Under the pieces are notes generated by a model. It was not told where the DNA came from. It saw nothing but the letters and a program-made list of their open reading frames with translations, and searched no databases. Made by a program: the position numbers and the translations under genes. A stretch of DNA of 64,000 nt, from NCBI GenBank assembly GCA_043756865.1, contig JAYUQG010000030.1:30703-94702 (forward strand), written 5' to 3'. Positions within the stretch are counted from its first letter, which is position 1, and each line of letters opens with the position of its first letter. Source of the stretch: a bacterium. Lineage in GTDB: Bacteria; Patescibacteriota; Minisyncoccia; Phycocordibacterales; UBA6899. Positions 38,529-48,925 of the stretch are shown here, in pieces.

Positions 38529-38798
38529 TCACTTTTTAACTGGCGTTGAAACAACGGAAGTACTGTTGCGTGGAAGCCAGTCAAATACTTTTTTGCGATG
38601 GAGGTCCAAGGACCACATATCACCGTGCTTAAACAACATTTGGTGAGCATCACGAAAACGTTCCAAAAGTGCAACCGTGGCACTGGGGAACGCAGGGGGC
38701 ATGTTTGCGTTGTATGATTTCAGGAAATCTGAAAGCGATATTTGCATTTCGCTCACTTTTGGTGCGGGTGGGGTTTTCATAAGTAGTGATAGTACCAC
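38529..38798 (-). CDS. hypothetical protein
   Basis: 89-aa ORF directly upstream of, and contiguous with, the DUF2132 gene. Confidence 0.3.
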   Translation of the reverse strand: MVLSLLMKTPPAPKVSEMQISLSDFLKSYNANMPPAFPSATVALLERFRDAHQMLFKHGDMWSLDLHRKKVFDWLPRNSTSVVSTPVKK

Positions 38799-38956
38799 AT
38801 ATCAATAAAAAAATCAACCGCTCATAACTATGCGTGAAACAGGTCCAATTTTCTCAAAAAATTACATAACGAGTACATGAATTTTTTATTCCTCCGGTCA
38901 TATGCAGCTGTGATACAATAGCTTCGAGTTCTATTATTTATTCATCACTATTCTCT

Positions 38957-40267
38957 ATGAAAAAAACATTCATTGCAGGGGCAATACTTCTTGCGATTAT
39001 CGCAGGTGGTGTGACAACGGCGTCGGCAGAGACCGTGGCAACGACCATGTCCACTGACCAGATGTCTGTGCTTATGAAACAGATTGAGATGCTCCAGTCA
39101 CAAATTGCGGAGCTAAAAAAAGCAAACATAGTCCTTCAGTCGGACGTAACTTTGCTCCGAGAGGAAATGAAAATTGCGCGCACCCTCAGGCAGGGTGACA
39201 AGGGAGATGACGTCAAAATGCTCCAAGAAATGCTGGGGACTGACTCTGCTATTTTTAGCGGAGGTACCACCGGCTATTACGGACCAAAAACCGCAGAAGC
39301 GATTCGCAGGCTCCAAGAAAAAATGGGGCTTGAGAAGGTGGGTCATGTAGGCCCAAAGACACTCGAGAAAATTAATAAAATCCTTTCTGAAGGTGCTGGT
39401 AATTCTGGGAAAATTCCCCCCGGAATGCTCAAGGAGCACGGCCGTGGAATGATGGTTGCACTCAAGCCGGTGGGAGAGAGCGGAGTAAAGGGTTTTGCAG
39501 GACTGTCATTTACAATGAAGACGTCTGTGACTACTACCGGCTCATCGACGGGCATAGTAAAGGTGAAGATTGAGCTTTGGGAAAAAGGGGTGATGCACGA
39601 TAGGCCTGAGCATATGCCTGCAGCCTCGACAACAACCACGACCCCCGTTGCAATGGCACACCCCGCACATATTCACAGTGGGTCATGCGCAGCACAAGGC
39701 CCTGTCAAGTGGCCACTAACTCCCGTTATAAATGGTCGCTCCGAGACCACAATTGAGCTTCCACTAAAGGACTTGGTTGCAGCAATGCCTCTCTACATAA
39801 ACGTGCATAAATCAGCTGCGGAGATTGCGACGAGTATTGCCTGTGGCGACATCAAAAAGCCATCCAGCGTGTGGAAAGGCCATGAAATGGATGAGGACGA
39901 GGACGAAGATGATGATCGTGACGACATGAAGGGACACATGAATAGCGAGAAGCCGAAGTCCGATACGACACACAATGACATGGCAGGTGTGACAAAGAAG
40001 TTTGAACTTGTTGCAGCAAACTTCTCGTACAGTCTCAAGGAAATAAAAGTGAAGAAAGGAGACAAAGTGGGAATAAATCTGAAAGTTTCAGATGGATTCC
40101 ACGATCTCGTCATTGACGAAATGAAGGCCCGCACCGCGAAGGTCTCTGCAGGACAGATAACGAGTGTTGTCTTCACTGCAGACAAAGTAGGAACATTCGA
40201 ATACTACTGTTCGGTGGGCGATCACCGCGCACAAGGTATGGTCGGAAAAATCGTTGTGGAGGAATAA
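38957..40267 (+). CDS. secreted protein with signal peptide, coiled coil, peptidoglycan-binding domain (PG_binding_1), acidic linker and C-terminal plastocyanin-like type-1 copper (cupredoxin) domain
   Basis: PG-binding repeat TGYYGPKTAEAIRRLQEKMGL..VGPKTLEKI, a DEDEDEDDDRDD linker, and a C-terminus GFHDL...FEYYCSVGDHRAQGMVGKIVV (H, C, H, M ligands; compare plastocyanin YSFYCSPHQGAGMVGKVTV). Confidence 0.7.
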   Translation: MKKTFIAGAILLAIIAGGVTTASAETVATTMSTDQMSVLMKQIEMLQSQIAELKKANIVLQSDVTLLREEMKIARTLRQGDKGDDVKMLQEMLGTDSAIFSGGTTGYYGPKTAEAIRRLQEKMGLEKVGHVGPKTLEKINKILSEGAGNSGKIPPGMLKEHGRGMMVALKPVGESGVKGFAGLSFTMKTSVTTTGSSTGIVKVKIELWEKGVMHDRPEHMPAASTTTTTPVAMAHPAHIHSGSCAAQGPVKWPLTPVINGRSETTIELPLKDLVAAMPLYINVHKSAAEIATSIACGDIKKPSSVWKGHEMDEDEDEDDDRDDMKGHMNSEKPKSDTTHNDMAGVTKKFELVAANFSYSLKEIKVKKGDKVGINLKVSDGFHDLVIDEMKARTAKVSAGQITSVVFTADKVGTFEYYCSVGDHRAQGMVGKIVVEE

Positions 40268-40449
40268 GCCACTTAGAGCCTATCCCAAAAGGAACTTTCC
40301 TACTACAACATCCGATCTCCGGCAATGCCGCGCAAAACCCATCAAAGCACTGTCTCGACAATGCTCCTCGGGATTTCGCACGTCCTTACAGCGAAGCTCG
40401 TATGTTTCGCGACGGAGGCCTTATTGGGATAGGCTCTTATACTCGGTAC

Positions 40450-40481
40450 AAAAAACCACTCCTTATAAGGAGTGGTTTTTT
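40450..40481. terminator. bidirectional rho-independent terminator
   Basis: AAAAAA-ccactccttataaggagtgg-TTTTTT. Confidence 0.8.
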
Positions 40482-40869
40482 ATTGCTCATCAATCGCAAG
40501 GCCACCCCGCCACGACACCTGTGGATTCTCCGATTTCTTTCCGCCATGCGTTACAAGCTTAAATCGCGGGGTTGCAGTGACACTCACGTCTTGTAGCGCA
40601 TCAACAACATCGGGGGATTCATCTTCTTCAAAAAGGACTTCAGCTTCTCCTCGTCTGACAAACTCACCTAAAATCCCAAACGCAATTTTGTACTGCTCCA
40701 ATTCGCCACTTGTATATGTCCCACGAGGTTTGTTGGGCAAATACCCGGGAAGAAGTTCCTGCGTGGACTTCGCCCATGTTGGCGAAAGTGCTTTATGAAT
40801 TTCTCGAGCAAAAATCTGCTCAATGCTTTCACTGGACTCGTTTGGTTCTCGCATTTGCTCCTGTTTCAT
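40480..40869 (-). CDS. hypothetical protein
   Basis: 129-aa ORF. Confidence 0.35.
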   Translation of the reverse strand: MKQEQMREPNESSESIEQIFAREIHKALSPTWAKSTQELLPGYLPNKPRGTYTSGELEQYKIAFGILGEFVRRGEAEVLFEEDESPDVVDALQDVSVTATPRFKLVTHGGKKSENPQVSWRGGLAIDEQ

Positions 40870-40905
40870 AAAAAAAGTATAGCAGAGTACGCCGTGTCCG
40901 CCACC

Positions 40906-42009
40906 TTAAGGATTTGCAGTCGTCGTACTTTCCACTAACCCATCCGTGCATGCACGCTGGTTTGCCGCCGTTTCGAGAGCGCGACAATACCCCCCTGCTC
41001 GCTCTTTTCCGTTCTCTGATTGAGAAATTTCCTTTGCACTTTTCACCAGCCAACACGACTCCTGATCTCCGAGCATATAGATACAGGTCTGAGATAAATC
41101 CACCGCACTCCCCTCGCGCTCACCGCGTAATTCTTCGGCAAACCAGTGCTGCATAAATGCACCCGTGGCACACTGACTACGATGCTCATCTGTGGCCATA
41201 TCTCCACAGCGGAGTAAAGACTCGGGAAGGTTGTCGCCCGTCATATATATCAAGGCATGCCCAATACCGTGCACACAGTTCAAGGTCGCGAGTGTGGATG
41301 ATGAATAGTAGGTTGCATTGGCACAGAAACCGCGCAGCTCAGCGGGGGACACCGATGCGACAGAACGATTGCGGAGCAACTCTTCGACAACACCATGGTA
41401 ATAACCGTTCTGACACAAATCAGAGCCCTGAAAAAATGCGGAACCCAGCGAGCCGTACTCGTGTGCGGCGCGATGTCCGATTTCATGCATTACTGCATGA
41501 CACCGCACGCCAAAATGTTCTTCACGTTTTACTTGCCCCGAGATAAGTGCGAGCGCACGCGCCGTTCCTGCGGTCTTTGCAAATTCTGCATAATACTGCT
41601 CCAAACACGCTTGGCGCGAAGGCTTTGATTCTGGTGTACAGATTTGAGTAAGGCTGGCCAGTCGCAGCGCAGTGCGCGTTTTCGGACCCACCTGTCCGTA
41701 CCCCGTTGTCTCCCTGCTCCCTGATTGGACGATACCCTCTTTTTGCTGAATGTGCTTAACGGCGTTCTCTGTTTTTACACCAAAATAACCGGTAGGGGTG
41801 AATCGCAATGCAGAGGACACGACCGCACTAAGTTCAGTCTGCAATACATAGACATCGTCACCTTGCATGCCGAGACGCATAATACGTTCAGTTGGAGTAC
41901 CTAGTGAGTTTTGAGCAGACATAGTACCGCTCACTACACCCGCCATGGCAACGCTGGGAAAGAGGAGCACGAAAAAAATAAGCGACCGCAACATCACCAT
42001 ATTATGCAC
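40906..42009 (-). CDS. membrane-anchored peptidoglycan-binding-domain protein with Cys-rich C-terminal domain containing an HExxH (zincin-like) motif
   Basis: N-terminal TM, PG_binding_1 (GDDVYVLQTELS...TGYFGVKTENAVKHIQQKEGI), then 13 Cys and CHAVMHEIGH. Confidence 0.5.
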   Translation of the reverse strand: MHNMVMLRSLIFFVLLFPSVAMAGVVSGTMSAQNSLGTPTERIMRLGMQGDDVYVLQTELSAVVSSALRFTPTGYFGVKTENAVKHIQQKEGIVQSGSRETTGYGQVGPKTRTALRLASLTQICTPESKPSRQACLEQYYAEFAKTAGTARALALISGQVKREEHFGVRCHAVMHEIGHRAAHEYGSLGSAFFQGSDLCQNGYYHGVVEELLRNRSVASVSPAELRGFCANATYYSSSTLATLNCVHGIGHALIYMTGDNLPESLLRCGDMATDEHRSQCATGAFMQHWFAEELRGEREGSAVDLSQTCIYMLGDQESCWLVKSAKEISQSENGKERAGGYCRALETAANQRACTDGLVESTTTANP

Positions 42010-42065
42010 GAAATTATAGAAAAAGAGCAGTGTGCACTGCTCTCGTTCTATTCCTGTAGTAGTGC

Positions 42066-42506
42066 TTAATTAAATGCAATATGGGGGTGCTTGGCGATTA
42101 TTGCGTCGACCGCACTTATGGCTCCAATCATGCGCAATGACTCAACCAAGAGTGCTTGGTCGGACATCGCACCATGGTGATATTCAACACCTGTCGGTTT
42201 CTCGTCGTGGCGAAGGATTCCATACACACAGCGTGGATCAACACCGAATTCGTCGCGCACCGCATCCAGATCAACTCCGGAGATTTCTGCGGTAATGCCC
42301 GTTTGGTTTTTTGAAAAACCCTCACCGCGTGTAGTATTCGTTTCTACTTGAGCTCTGGCCATCACACGTGTGAAATCCTTTTCGTTGATTCGGCCACCCA
42401 GAGCAACATAATTCCCATAGCTGAATCCTGATTCATTTTCTCCCACCGCTTCTTCGGGGGGTGTTTCGGGTACTACTTCTTCTGCAATTTTTTCTTTTTC
42501 ATTCAT
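42066..42506 (-). CDS. hypothetical protein
   Basis: 146-aa ORF, separated from the upstream ORF by several stop codons. Confidence 0.35.
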   Translation of the reverse strand: MNEKEKIAEEVVPETPPEEAVGENESGFSYGNYVALGGRINEKDFTRVMARAQVETNTTRGEGFSKNQTGITAEISGVDLDAVRDEFGVDPRCVYGILRHDEKPTGVEYHHGAMSDQALLVESLRMIGAISAVDAIIAKHPHIAFN

Positions 42507-42572
42507 ATAATTATGCTACGGCGAATATGGGTTGTTGCAAAAAATTTATTAGCAACAGGTTATTAATATTGT

Positions 42573-43016
42573 CTAATTGGCTCCTCGTTCTGCGATATGT
42601 GCGTCGAGCGCTGCAAGCATGCCCTCAAGTTTGGCATCTTCTGCGGTGTCCCCAGCAAGCTGTGCAACAATCTTTTTTTCCAAAAGAATGACCTTCATGT
42701 CGTTGTCTTTCTCTGCGCGCGACTTCTCTGCAAGAGCAGCCTCTGCGTCCGGAGTCTTGAGCGCAAGTATCTTATCAGCCGTTGCGATCTGCTCTGCGGT
42801 GCGTCCCTCGAAGTCGTCTGTAGGTGCGCGGTTTGCACGACCATCAATTACACGACCTGTTGCGGCAGCATCTGACTCGAGCTCCAGCGTGGAACCCGCA
42901 CCAAAGAATTCGACTGCTGCAATCTGGTCGGCAGAAAGCGTGTCTGCACCCCCGTAAATCAAGTCTTCTTTGTTACGATCCCCTGCTTTTCCAAATTCCA
43001 TTTCTTCTTTATGCAT
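42573..43016 (-). CDS. hypothetical protein
   Basis: 147-aa ORF. Confidence 0.35.
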   Translation of the reverse strand: MHKEEMEFGKAGDRNKEDLIYGGADTLSADQIAAVEFFGAGSTLELESDAAATGRVIDGRANRAPTDDFEGRTAEQIATADKILALKTPDAEAALAEKSRAEKDNDMKVILLEKKIVAQLAGDTAEDAKLEGMLAALDAHIAERGAN

Positions 43017-43226
43017 ATTGTTGTATTTAATAATAAATAATTAGTCACTCCAATTACATAATCATATAATAAATCTCTTTTTGTATTTTGATTATACCAT
43101 AATACAAAAATATAGTCAACTGATGCTAGCAAAAAAGAAAATCATAAATTACTTGACAGAGAGGCATAATTCGTGCTAAAATTTTATTGAACCACTTCTT
43201 TCACTTTCCCAAGCAAGGAGACTTCA

Positions 43227-43823
43227 ATGTCCTCATTCAGCAAGCTCGCCGCCAAGATGCGCACCACAGGGTCAATTTACTGTGACCGTGACCGCAATGT
43301 GTTTGCGGTTGCTGTGCTCGAAATGGCGCACGCAATCTCCCGCGGCAGGAAGCCGAGCTCATGTTCGGTACTTCTGGGCGAGAACACCCACGAGTGGCTC
43401 CACCGCACGTTCGTCGTCATTCATGACTACTGCCACGATCACATGGGCTACAAATGCTCCATCGCCGACGCGGAGCTCGACACTCTCTATGGCTGGTGCT
43501 ACAACGACCCTGACGCGATGAAGATCTGCCAGGCCATCGTCATTTGCAGGAAATACATCCAGCCCATCAAGAAGAACAAGGAATTCCGCGGCGACTGGAG
43601 GTATCAAGACCGCAACAAGTCGACGAACTTGAAGCGCAAAGCGGCCTGGCTGGCGCGCAAGAATGGCAGCCACTACGACGACCGCTACGACTACATCTCT
43701 AATGGTGAAGACAACTTCCCGTGGAGCATTCGGCGCGACGAGTTGGACGACGGCAGCGTCGACACGCTTCCGCCGCGGCCCGCAGTCGTTCGGCGCGTTC
43801 GCCGGGTCTCGACCCCCACCTGA
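43227..43823 (+). CDS. hypothetical Cys/His-rich protein
   Basis: AAGGAGA SD 8 nt upstream, very strong C-ending codon bias, 198 aa. Confidence 0.45.
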   Translation: MSSFSKLAAKMRTTGSIYCDRDRNVFAVAVLEMAHAISRGRKPSSCSVLLGENTHEWLHRTFVVIHDYCHDHMGYKCSIADAELDTLYGWCYNDPDAMKICQAIVICRKYIQPIKKNKEFRGDWRYQDRNKSTNLKRKAAWLARKNGSHYDDRYDYISNGEDNFPWSIRRDELDDGSVDTLPPRPAVVRRVRRVSTPT

Positions 43824-43882
43824 ACTTCGGTTCACACACAACCCCCGCATGGCGCTGGGGTTTTCTATATTCACAGTGCGCA

Positions 43883-44584
43883 TTAAATAGACACGCTGCT
43901 ATCCCCTGTTATAGGAATTTTGTCTCCGAGATATTTTGGCTGCCGATGATACAGCACGTTACTCACCGCTTTGACATTCGCCAGCAGTTCGCGCAAATTG
44001 TTGCGCACCCCATATATATGCCGGTCGGCAGATAATCCATATGCATTAATCCCGAGCCGGCGCGCTATAAATACCGAGCGCGGTAAGTGAAATGATTGTG
44101 TTACAATAATTGCGCTATCAACGAGAAATATCACTCGCGCACGGTACATACTGCTATATGTATCGAAACCTGCGTGATCAAGAAATATTGCCTCTGTGGG
44201 TATCCCATTTGCTAGTAAATAGTCGCGAGACGGATTTACTTCATTGTGCGTGACACTTCCATCATCCCCTGTAACCAGAATCGTTTTCACCTTTCCTGTG
44301 TTGTAGAGCACAATTGCGGTATCTACCCTATCTCGGAGTACTGGGGAAAGTTCCCCGTTACGGAGTATTCCTGCACCAAGGACGATGGCCGTATACCGTG
44401 CGGGTACTTCGTCGGATGTTGTCGCGATATACGAGGATGACTCTAGATGTATGAGAAAAAATGCCAAACTCACAAAGAGCAAGGCTAACACAAATCCAAA
44501 TAAACAAAGCCACAAAAATCGCTTCGCATATGTCCTCGTATGATGTATGTGGAATTGCTGTTGTACGGGCATATTGAAAAACAC
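43883..44584 (-). CDS. SanA/YdcF/ElyC-family (DUF218) membrane-anchored protein
   Basis: N-terminal TM, then the DUF218 core IVLGAG..NGELSPVLRDRVDTAIVLY..GKV..ILVTGD..H.EV. Confidence 0.75.
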   Translation of the reverse strand: MFFNMPVQQQFHIHHTRTYAKRFLWLCLFGFVLALLFVSLAFFLIHLESSSYIATTSDEVPARYTAIVLGAGILRNGELSPVLRDRVDTAIVLYNTGKVKTILVTGDDGSVTHNEVNPSRDYLLANGIPTEAIFLDHAGFDTYSSMYRARVIFLVDSAIIVTQSFHLPRSVFIARRLGINAYGLSADRHIYGVRNNLRELLANVKAVSNVLYHRQPKYLGDKIPITGDSSVSI

Positions 44585-44700
44585 GTATTACAAAGATACG
44601 CACTGCACACTATAGCACAATTACAGAATTAGTTGACAATAGTCTATTTTTGTACTATTGTATATTCGGTCTCGAACCTTTCAATTACAGAAGGAGTCTG

Positions 44701-45631
44701 CATGAAGCTAGAACGTATGGTCTTTGGTGTGCTTTTGTTGCTTGCAAGCATGATGGCGAGCGCACTGGAACTTCCCCTGCGCACCACAACTTTCGTCAAC
44801 GACTTTGCGGAAATGCTGAGTCCCGAAGAGGAGCGTGTGCTCAACGCGAAGCTCGGTGAGTTCAAAAACACCAGTCGCGTGAGCATGGTCGTCGCTACCA
44901 TCTCTGCTGCGAGTGACTACGGCTATTCTGGTCTTGTCGAGATGGGCACCTCCCTCTTCGAGCGATGGGCGCCCGGCGAAAAAGGTCTCAATTCTGGCAT
45001 TCTCGTAATCGTCGCAGGCAAGTCTCCGCCTTACAAGATTCGCATCGTCACCGGTCGTGGAGTGGAAGGCGCAGTCCCCGACCTCATCGCGAAGCGCGTC
45101 ATCGAGGACATGATGAAGCCCGTCATGCACAAGGGTGGACAGGGTGCATATGCACTTGGTCTCACCCGCGGTATCGAAGCACTCATGCAGCGGGCGAAGA
45201 ACGAGTTCGCGCCGAAAAGTGCGCCAGCGACGTCGGGTCATTCATCCTCAAGCACTGCCGTGCTTCTCCCCGTGCTCCTTGTGCTCGGCATAGGTGTAGC
45301 CTTGTTCTTCTTCCTCTTCTACCGGAGCAGTACTGTTCGGCGGGCGCAGGAGTTGCGTGAACAGGAAAATGCAGACGCCGAACGACTGCGTGCGTTGCGC
45401 GAGCAAAACCATTACGCAACCACTCGTCAGCCGACCCAGTACCGTGAACCGGCACGACACACACCAAAGCGGCAACCTCCCACGCGCCGTATGCCAGCAC
45501 GTGACGATGTTGTCGTTGTTGCAATACCCACATCAACGTATCAGGCATCCGAACCCGATGCTCCCGATACGGATACAAGCTCGCCCGACACAGGAGGCGA
45601 AACTTCTGGCAGTGGCTCCGGCGACAACTGA
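44701..45631 (+). CDS. TPM-domain (TLP18.3/Psb32/YgcG-like) protein with signal peptide, C-terminal TM and Gly/Ser/Pro-rich tail
   Basis: Start MKLERMVFGVLLLLA with an AAGGAG SD; TPM core FVNDFAEMLSPEE..L...L..F...T....VV.T; terminator 45650..45675. Confidence 0.75.
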
Positions 45632-45734
45632 AACAGTAGACGTACAAGCCCCCGCATAGCGCGGGGGTTTTCTTTGTGTGTGATACGCAACAAAACAGTG
45701 CGCGATACTCTGTACGCGGATTTTCTATCTCCAT

Positions 45735-46040
45735 TTAATCGTACCGTTCAAGGAGGCGTTGGCGTAGCTCGCGTGCATAGGGCTCGTTGTTGATAGCTAT
45801 CGCAGTGTTAAGTTTTTGGAGCAAACTATTGAGTTCAAGACGGGAAGTTAATTCTCCATTTTCTTTTTCCAAAAAATTATCCACCTCAAGAATTAGCTCG
45901 GCGGCGTCTTCCTCCGCATGGTCGTTACCCTCAGCAAACTGTGGTCTTACTTGCGTGTTTGTGATGTCGAGTTCGCGCACCAACATGCGCGTATGTTCGT
46001 CTCCAGGAAGCTCTTCGGGGATTTCGGAGTGTATTGCCAT
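45735..46040 (-). CDS. small acidic hypothetical protein (paralog of 34859..35152)
   Basis: 101 aa; shares the C-terminal motif L..LNTAIAINNEPYARELRQRL with ORF 34859..35152. Confidence 0.45.
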   Translation of the reverse strand: MAIHSEIPEELPGDEHTRMLVRELDITNTQVRPQFAEGNDHAEEDAAELILEVDNFLEKENGELTSRLELNSLLQKLNTAIAINNEPYARELRQRLLERYD

Positions 46041-46149
46041 ATGGGTTATTCTTCCTTACCTCCACTGCTTTTGCAATACATTAATGAGTTGTGTACTTTC
46101 GCTACACTGGATATCATAGGAAAATAGCAATGACTAACTCCCAAATAAA

Positions 46150-46455
46150 ATGAAAGAAAATTTAGCAGTTCAGCCCATATACGAAGACGAGTGCGAGGAT
46201 TTTCGGGACGCGGCAAACGATCCACAGATCAACAGCGCGGAAATTGTGGCCATCGACGCACTTCCCACAAGCAAGCTACGCGAACGCAAAAAAGCTTTTC
46301 TTTGGCTTGCGGATCCCGGTAACGGCTCATCAAAGGAACTACGTGCCAAATCACAGGCGATGATTGACCATATCGACATGCTCCTCAGTGATCGTGGAGA
46401 GATGGCGGATACCGAAGTACAAACAGAGGATTCAGTCAAAAAAGAGGCTAACTAA
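46150..46455 (+). CDS. hypothetical acidic protein
   Basis: 101-aa ORF divergent from 45735..46040. Confidence 0.35.
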   Translation: MKENLAVQPIYEDECEDFRDAANDPQINSAEIVAIDALPTSKLRERKKAFLWLADPGNGSSKELRAKSQAMIDHIDMLLSDRGEMADTEVQTEDSVKKEAN

Positions 46456-46637
46456 TGTTTTTTTCTGTGCATGGAGAGAAATATGTTGATGAAGTTGTCT
46501 GTGTGACAATTACCCACATGAGCTTGTCCCTGTATAATAAAATTACGGGGGTATTGACATACCTTACTATTTATGCTATCATCTTAGTGTAAGCACATTC
46601 ACTTCTTTTCAGTCACATCACCACGAAGGAGTCAGCT

Positions 46638-46856
46638 ATGGACACACTGAGCATGCTTCTCTACTCGCCGGGCGCAGCCCAAGGTCACCTCGACGAGAAC
46701 TTCGGCAACAATGACGGCGGCCGCTACTACGGCAGCGACGGCGAGGCCACCAACGTGAACCACGCCCAATTCCAAGAAGGCGCCGACTGCGGCCGAGCTT
46801 CCGGTAGCTACATCCCCGTCGACAACCTGCGCGGCCGGCGTATCGCTTCCAACTGA
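46638..46856 (+). CDS. small Gly/Asp-rich hypothetical protein
   Basis: 72 aa, AAGGAG SD, extreme C-ending codon usage. Confidence 0.3.
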   Translation: MDTLSMLLYSPGAAQGHLDENFGNNDGGRYYGSDGEATNVNHAQFQEGADCGRASGSYIPVDNLRGRRIASN

Positions 46857-47052
46857 TTCACCGCCGCCTCAACTTACTGAAAAGGAGACTCCAATGAGAT
46901 AACGATGACGGTTTCTCCCGTCACCAACTCTTCGCACCAGCGGGCGCCCCAAAGCGCCCGCTTCATTTTTTATATGTGGGAGCGTTGTAATAGGTCACTA
47001 GCTCAAACGGCATTACGCTTAGGAAATACTTTGCCTATTACGAGCCTATCTC

Positions 47053-47937
47053 ATGATATCTATGTCACTTCGTCACACAACAGTAACAAAACAGGTTCAC
47101 CCGAAACAAAAACAAACGAAGCAACCGGGGCAAGAATACAAAATGACTCCGCAACCTGAAGCGGATAATGGGAATACAAAAAATACTCCGAGACTCGGAG
47201 GCAAGGTTGCCCTTATCACCGGTGGCGATAGTGGCATCGGAAGAGCAGTCGCAATCGCCTTTGCAAAAGAGGGAGCGAACGTTGCAATCGTCTACCTGAG
47301 TGAGCACAAAGACGCGAAGGAAACAAAAAAGCTTGTTGAGGACTACGGGAAAAAGTGCTTGCTACTCTCCGGTGATATTGGGAGGGAGATATTTGCAAAG
47401 CAAGCAGTACGCAAAACCATAAAGGAATTTGGAAAACTCAACATCCTTGTGAACAATGCCGCAGAACAGCGTCCACAAAAATCCATATTGAATATTTCTC
47501 AGCGGCAACTCGAAAAAATATTTCGTACAAATATTTTTTCGTTTTTTTACTTTGTGAAGGCTGCACTTCCCTACCTGAAGAAAGGTGACACCATTATTAA
47601 TACGTCCTCGGTGGTGGCCTATCGTGGGAGCTGGCACTTGCTTGATTACGCAGCGTCAAAAGGAGCAATTATCAGTTTCACACGCTCACTCTCGGCATCA
47701 CTCATCGAGAAAGGTATCCGCGTCAACGGTGTAGCACCGGGTGCGGTGTGGACTCCTCTTATTCCCTCTACATTTACAAAAAAACAAGTTGCAACATTTG
47801 GTACAGACAACCCGATGAAGCGGGCAGGTGAACCGAGTGAAATCGCACCTGCATTTGTCTTTCTTGCGTCGGAAGATTCGTCGTTCATGACGGGGCAGGT
47901 ACTCCACCCAAACGGTGGAGAGATCATTAACGGTTGA
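47053..47937 (+). CDS. YghA/YhdF-type short-chain dehydrogenase/reductase (SDR)
   Basis: Full-length similarity to E. coli YghA, including the N-terminal HPKQKQ...KMTP segment, TGGDSGIGRA, NNAA and Y-x-x-x-K. Confidence 0.85.
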   Translation: MISMSLRHTTVTKQVHPKQKQTKQPGQEYKMTPQPEADNGNTKNTPRLGGKVALITGGDSGIGRAVAIAFAKEGANVAIVYLSEHKDAKETKKLVEDYGKKCLLLSGDIGREIFAKQAVRKTIKEFGKLNILVNNAAEQRPQKSILNISQRQLEKIFRTNIFSFFYFVKAALPYLKKGDTIINTSSVVAYRGSWHLLDYAASKGAIISFTRSLSASLIEKGIRVNGVAPGAVWTPLIPSTFTKKQVATFGTDNPMKRAGEPSEIAPAFVFLASEDSSFMTGQVLHPNGGEIING

Positions 47938-47972
47938 CCGCAACTCCAAACGTTCACCCGTGTGTATACATG

Positions 47973-48224
47973 TTAACGATGCGGGCAACCAGACCAACAA
48001 CAAGGTCGACGCTTCCCTTCTGCGATTTCTGTATACGTCCGAATGATGCGATGTACCCTCGTTTCAGGCTTCTTCGCATCTTCTATCCAGCAGAGGAACT
48101 CATTGCGCGCCAAGGGCGTAATATCCTCCCATGCAACAAGTGATTTGGCGTGAGAGACAAGCGCCTCACGTAAATCTGAGGGAACTTTGTGTACAACGCC
48201 CTGTGCAATTCGTTTTTGTGCCAT
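47973..48224 (-). CDS. YdeI/OmpD-associated (bacteriocin-protection) family small protein
   Basis: VP.DL..AL....W..I....R.EFL.WIEDAKKPETR..RI consensus. Confidence 0.55.
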   Translation of the reverse strand: MAQKRIAQGVVHKVPSDLREALVSHAKSLVAWEDITPLARNEFLCWIEDAKKPETRVHRIIRTYTEIAEGKRRPCCWSGCPHR

Positions 48225-48298
48225 GGGTCTATTTTACATCAAATTGTATAATGAAGTTGCAGAATGGGACTTATGTCTATTTTTGCTATAATTGCACC

Positions 48299-48541
48299 AT
48301 GAATGAAGAAGAGCAGAACAATGACATACTGAAGGAGTTAAAAAAACTCAATTCGAGTATTCACAAGCAAAACTCTAAGGGACATATTTTTAGCTCCGGG
48401 ATTATCCACGGTCTAGGATTTTTTATTGGTTCTGCGATACTCGCGACGATAGCGCTCGGTATACTGGGCCCGATAGTCGGAAAAATCTCCTGGGTTAAAG
48501 AATACTTTGATAAAGGAGTCTCAATCGTCCAACCGCACTAA
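48299..48541 (+). CDS. small membrane protein
   Basis: 80 aa: MNEEEQNND..., a KELKKL helix, then one TM helix. Confidence 0.3.
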   Translation: MNEEEQNNDILKELKKLNSSIHKQNSKGHIFSSGIIHGLGFFIGSAILATIALGILGPIVGKISWVKEYFDKGVSIVQPH

Positions 48542-48925
48542 AAAACCGAAATGGGCAAAGGGCTGGCGTTTCATTACAATATGCCCGTTTTTAATATTAT
48601 TCTCCTGTCACTAGAGGGGTAGTTTAAACTTATCTCCATTCTGTCATAAATCATAGGTTGCCCAAGATCTCTCATTCGAAAAAAATTGACAAATTTAAAA
48701 AAAATTATAGGCTGATTCTCAGCACCAACGGAGTCTATATGATCCTTACTCTCGCGATTGTCATTCGTGCCACTGACAGCTATCACGTCAACTACATCTG
48801 CCACACGCAGGTGAGCGAAGTTCCCAATGAGCCCAACCGGCGCGCATCGATCATCGCTCAGACCATGACTAAATTCATCAGTGACAACATCGGTAACGGC
48901 GATACGCTCATCTCTGCGACCCCGC

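Noticed and set aside
42066-43016. ORFs 42066..42506 and 42573..43016 being one gene split by a stop (they are in the same frame)
   Set aside because: I translated the 66-bp gap: it contains several stop codons (TAG, TAA, TAA, TAG), so these are two separate genes, unlike the HlyD case.
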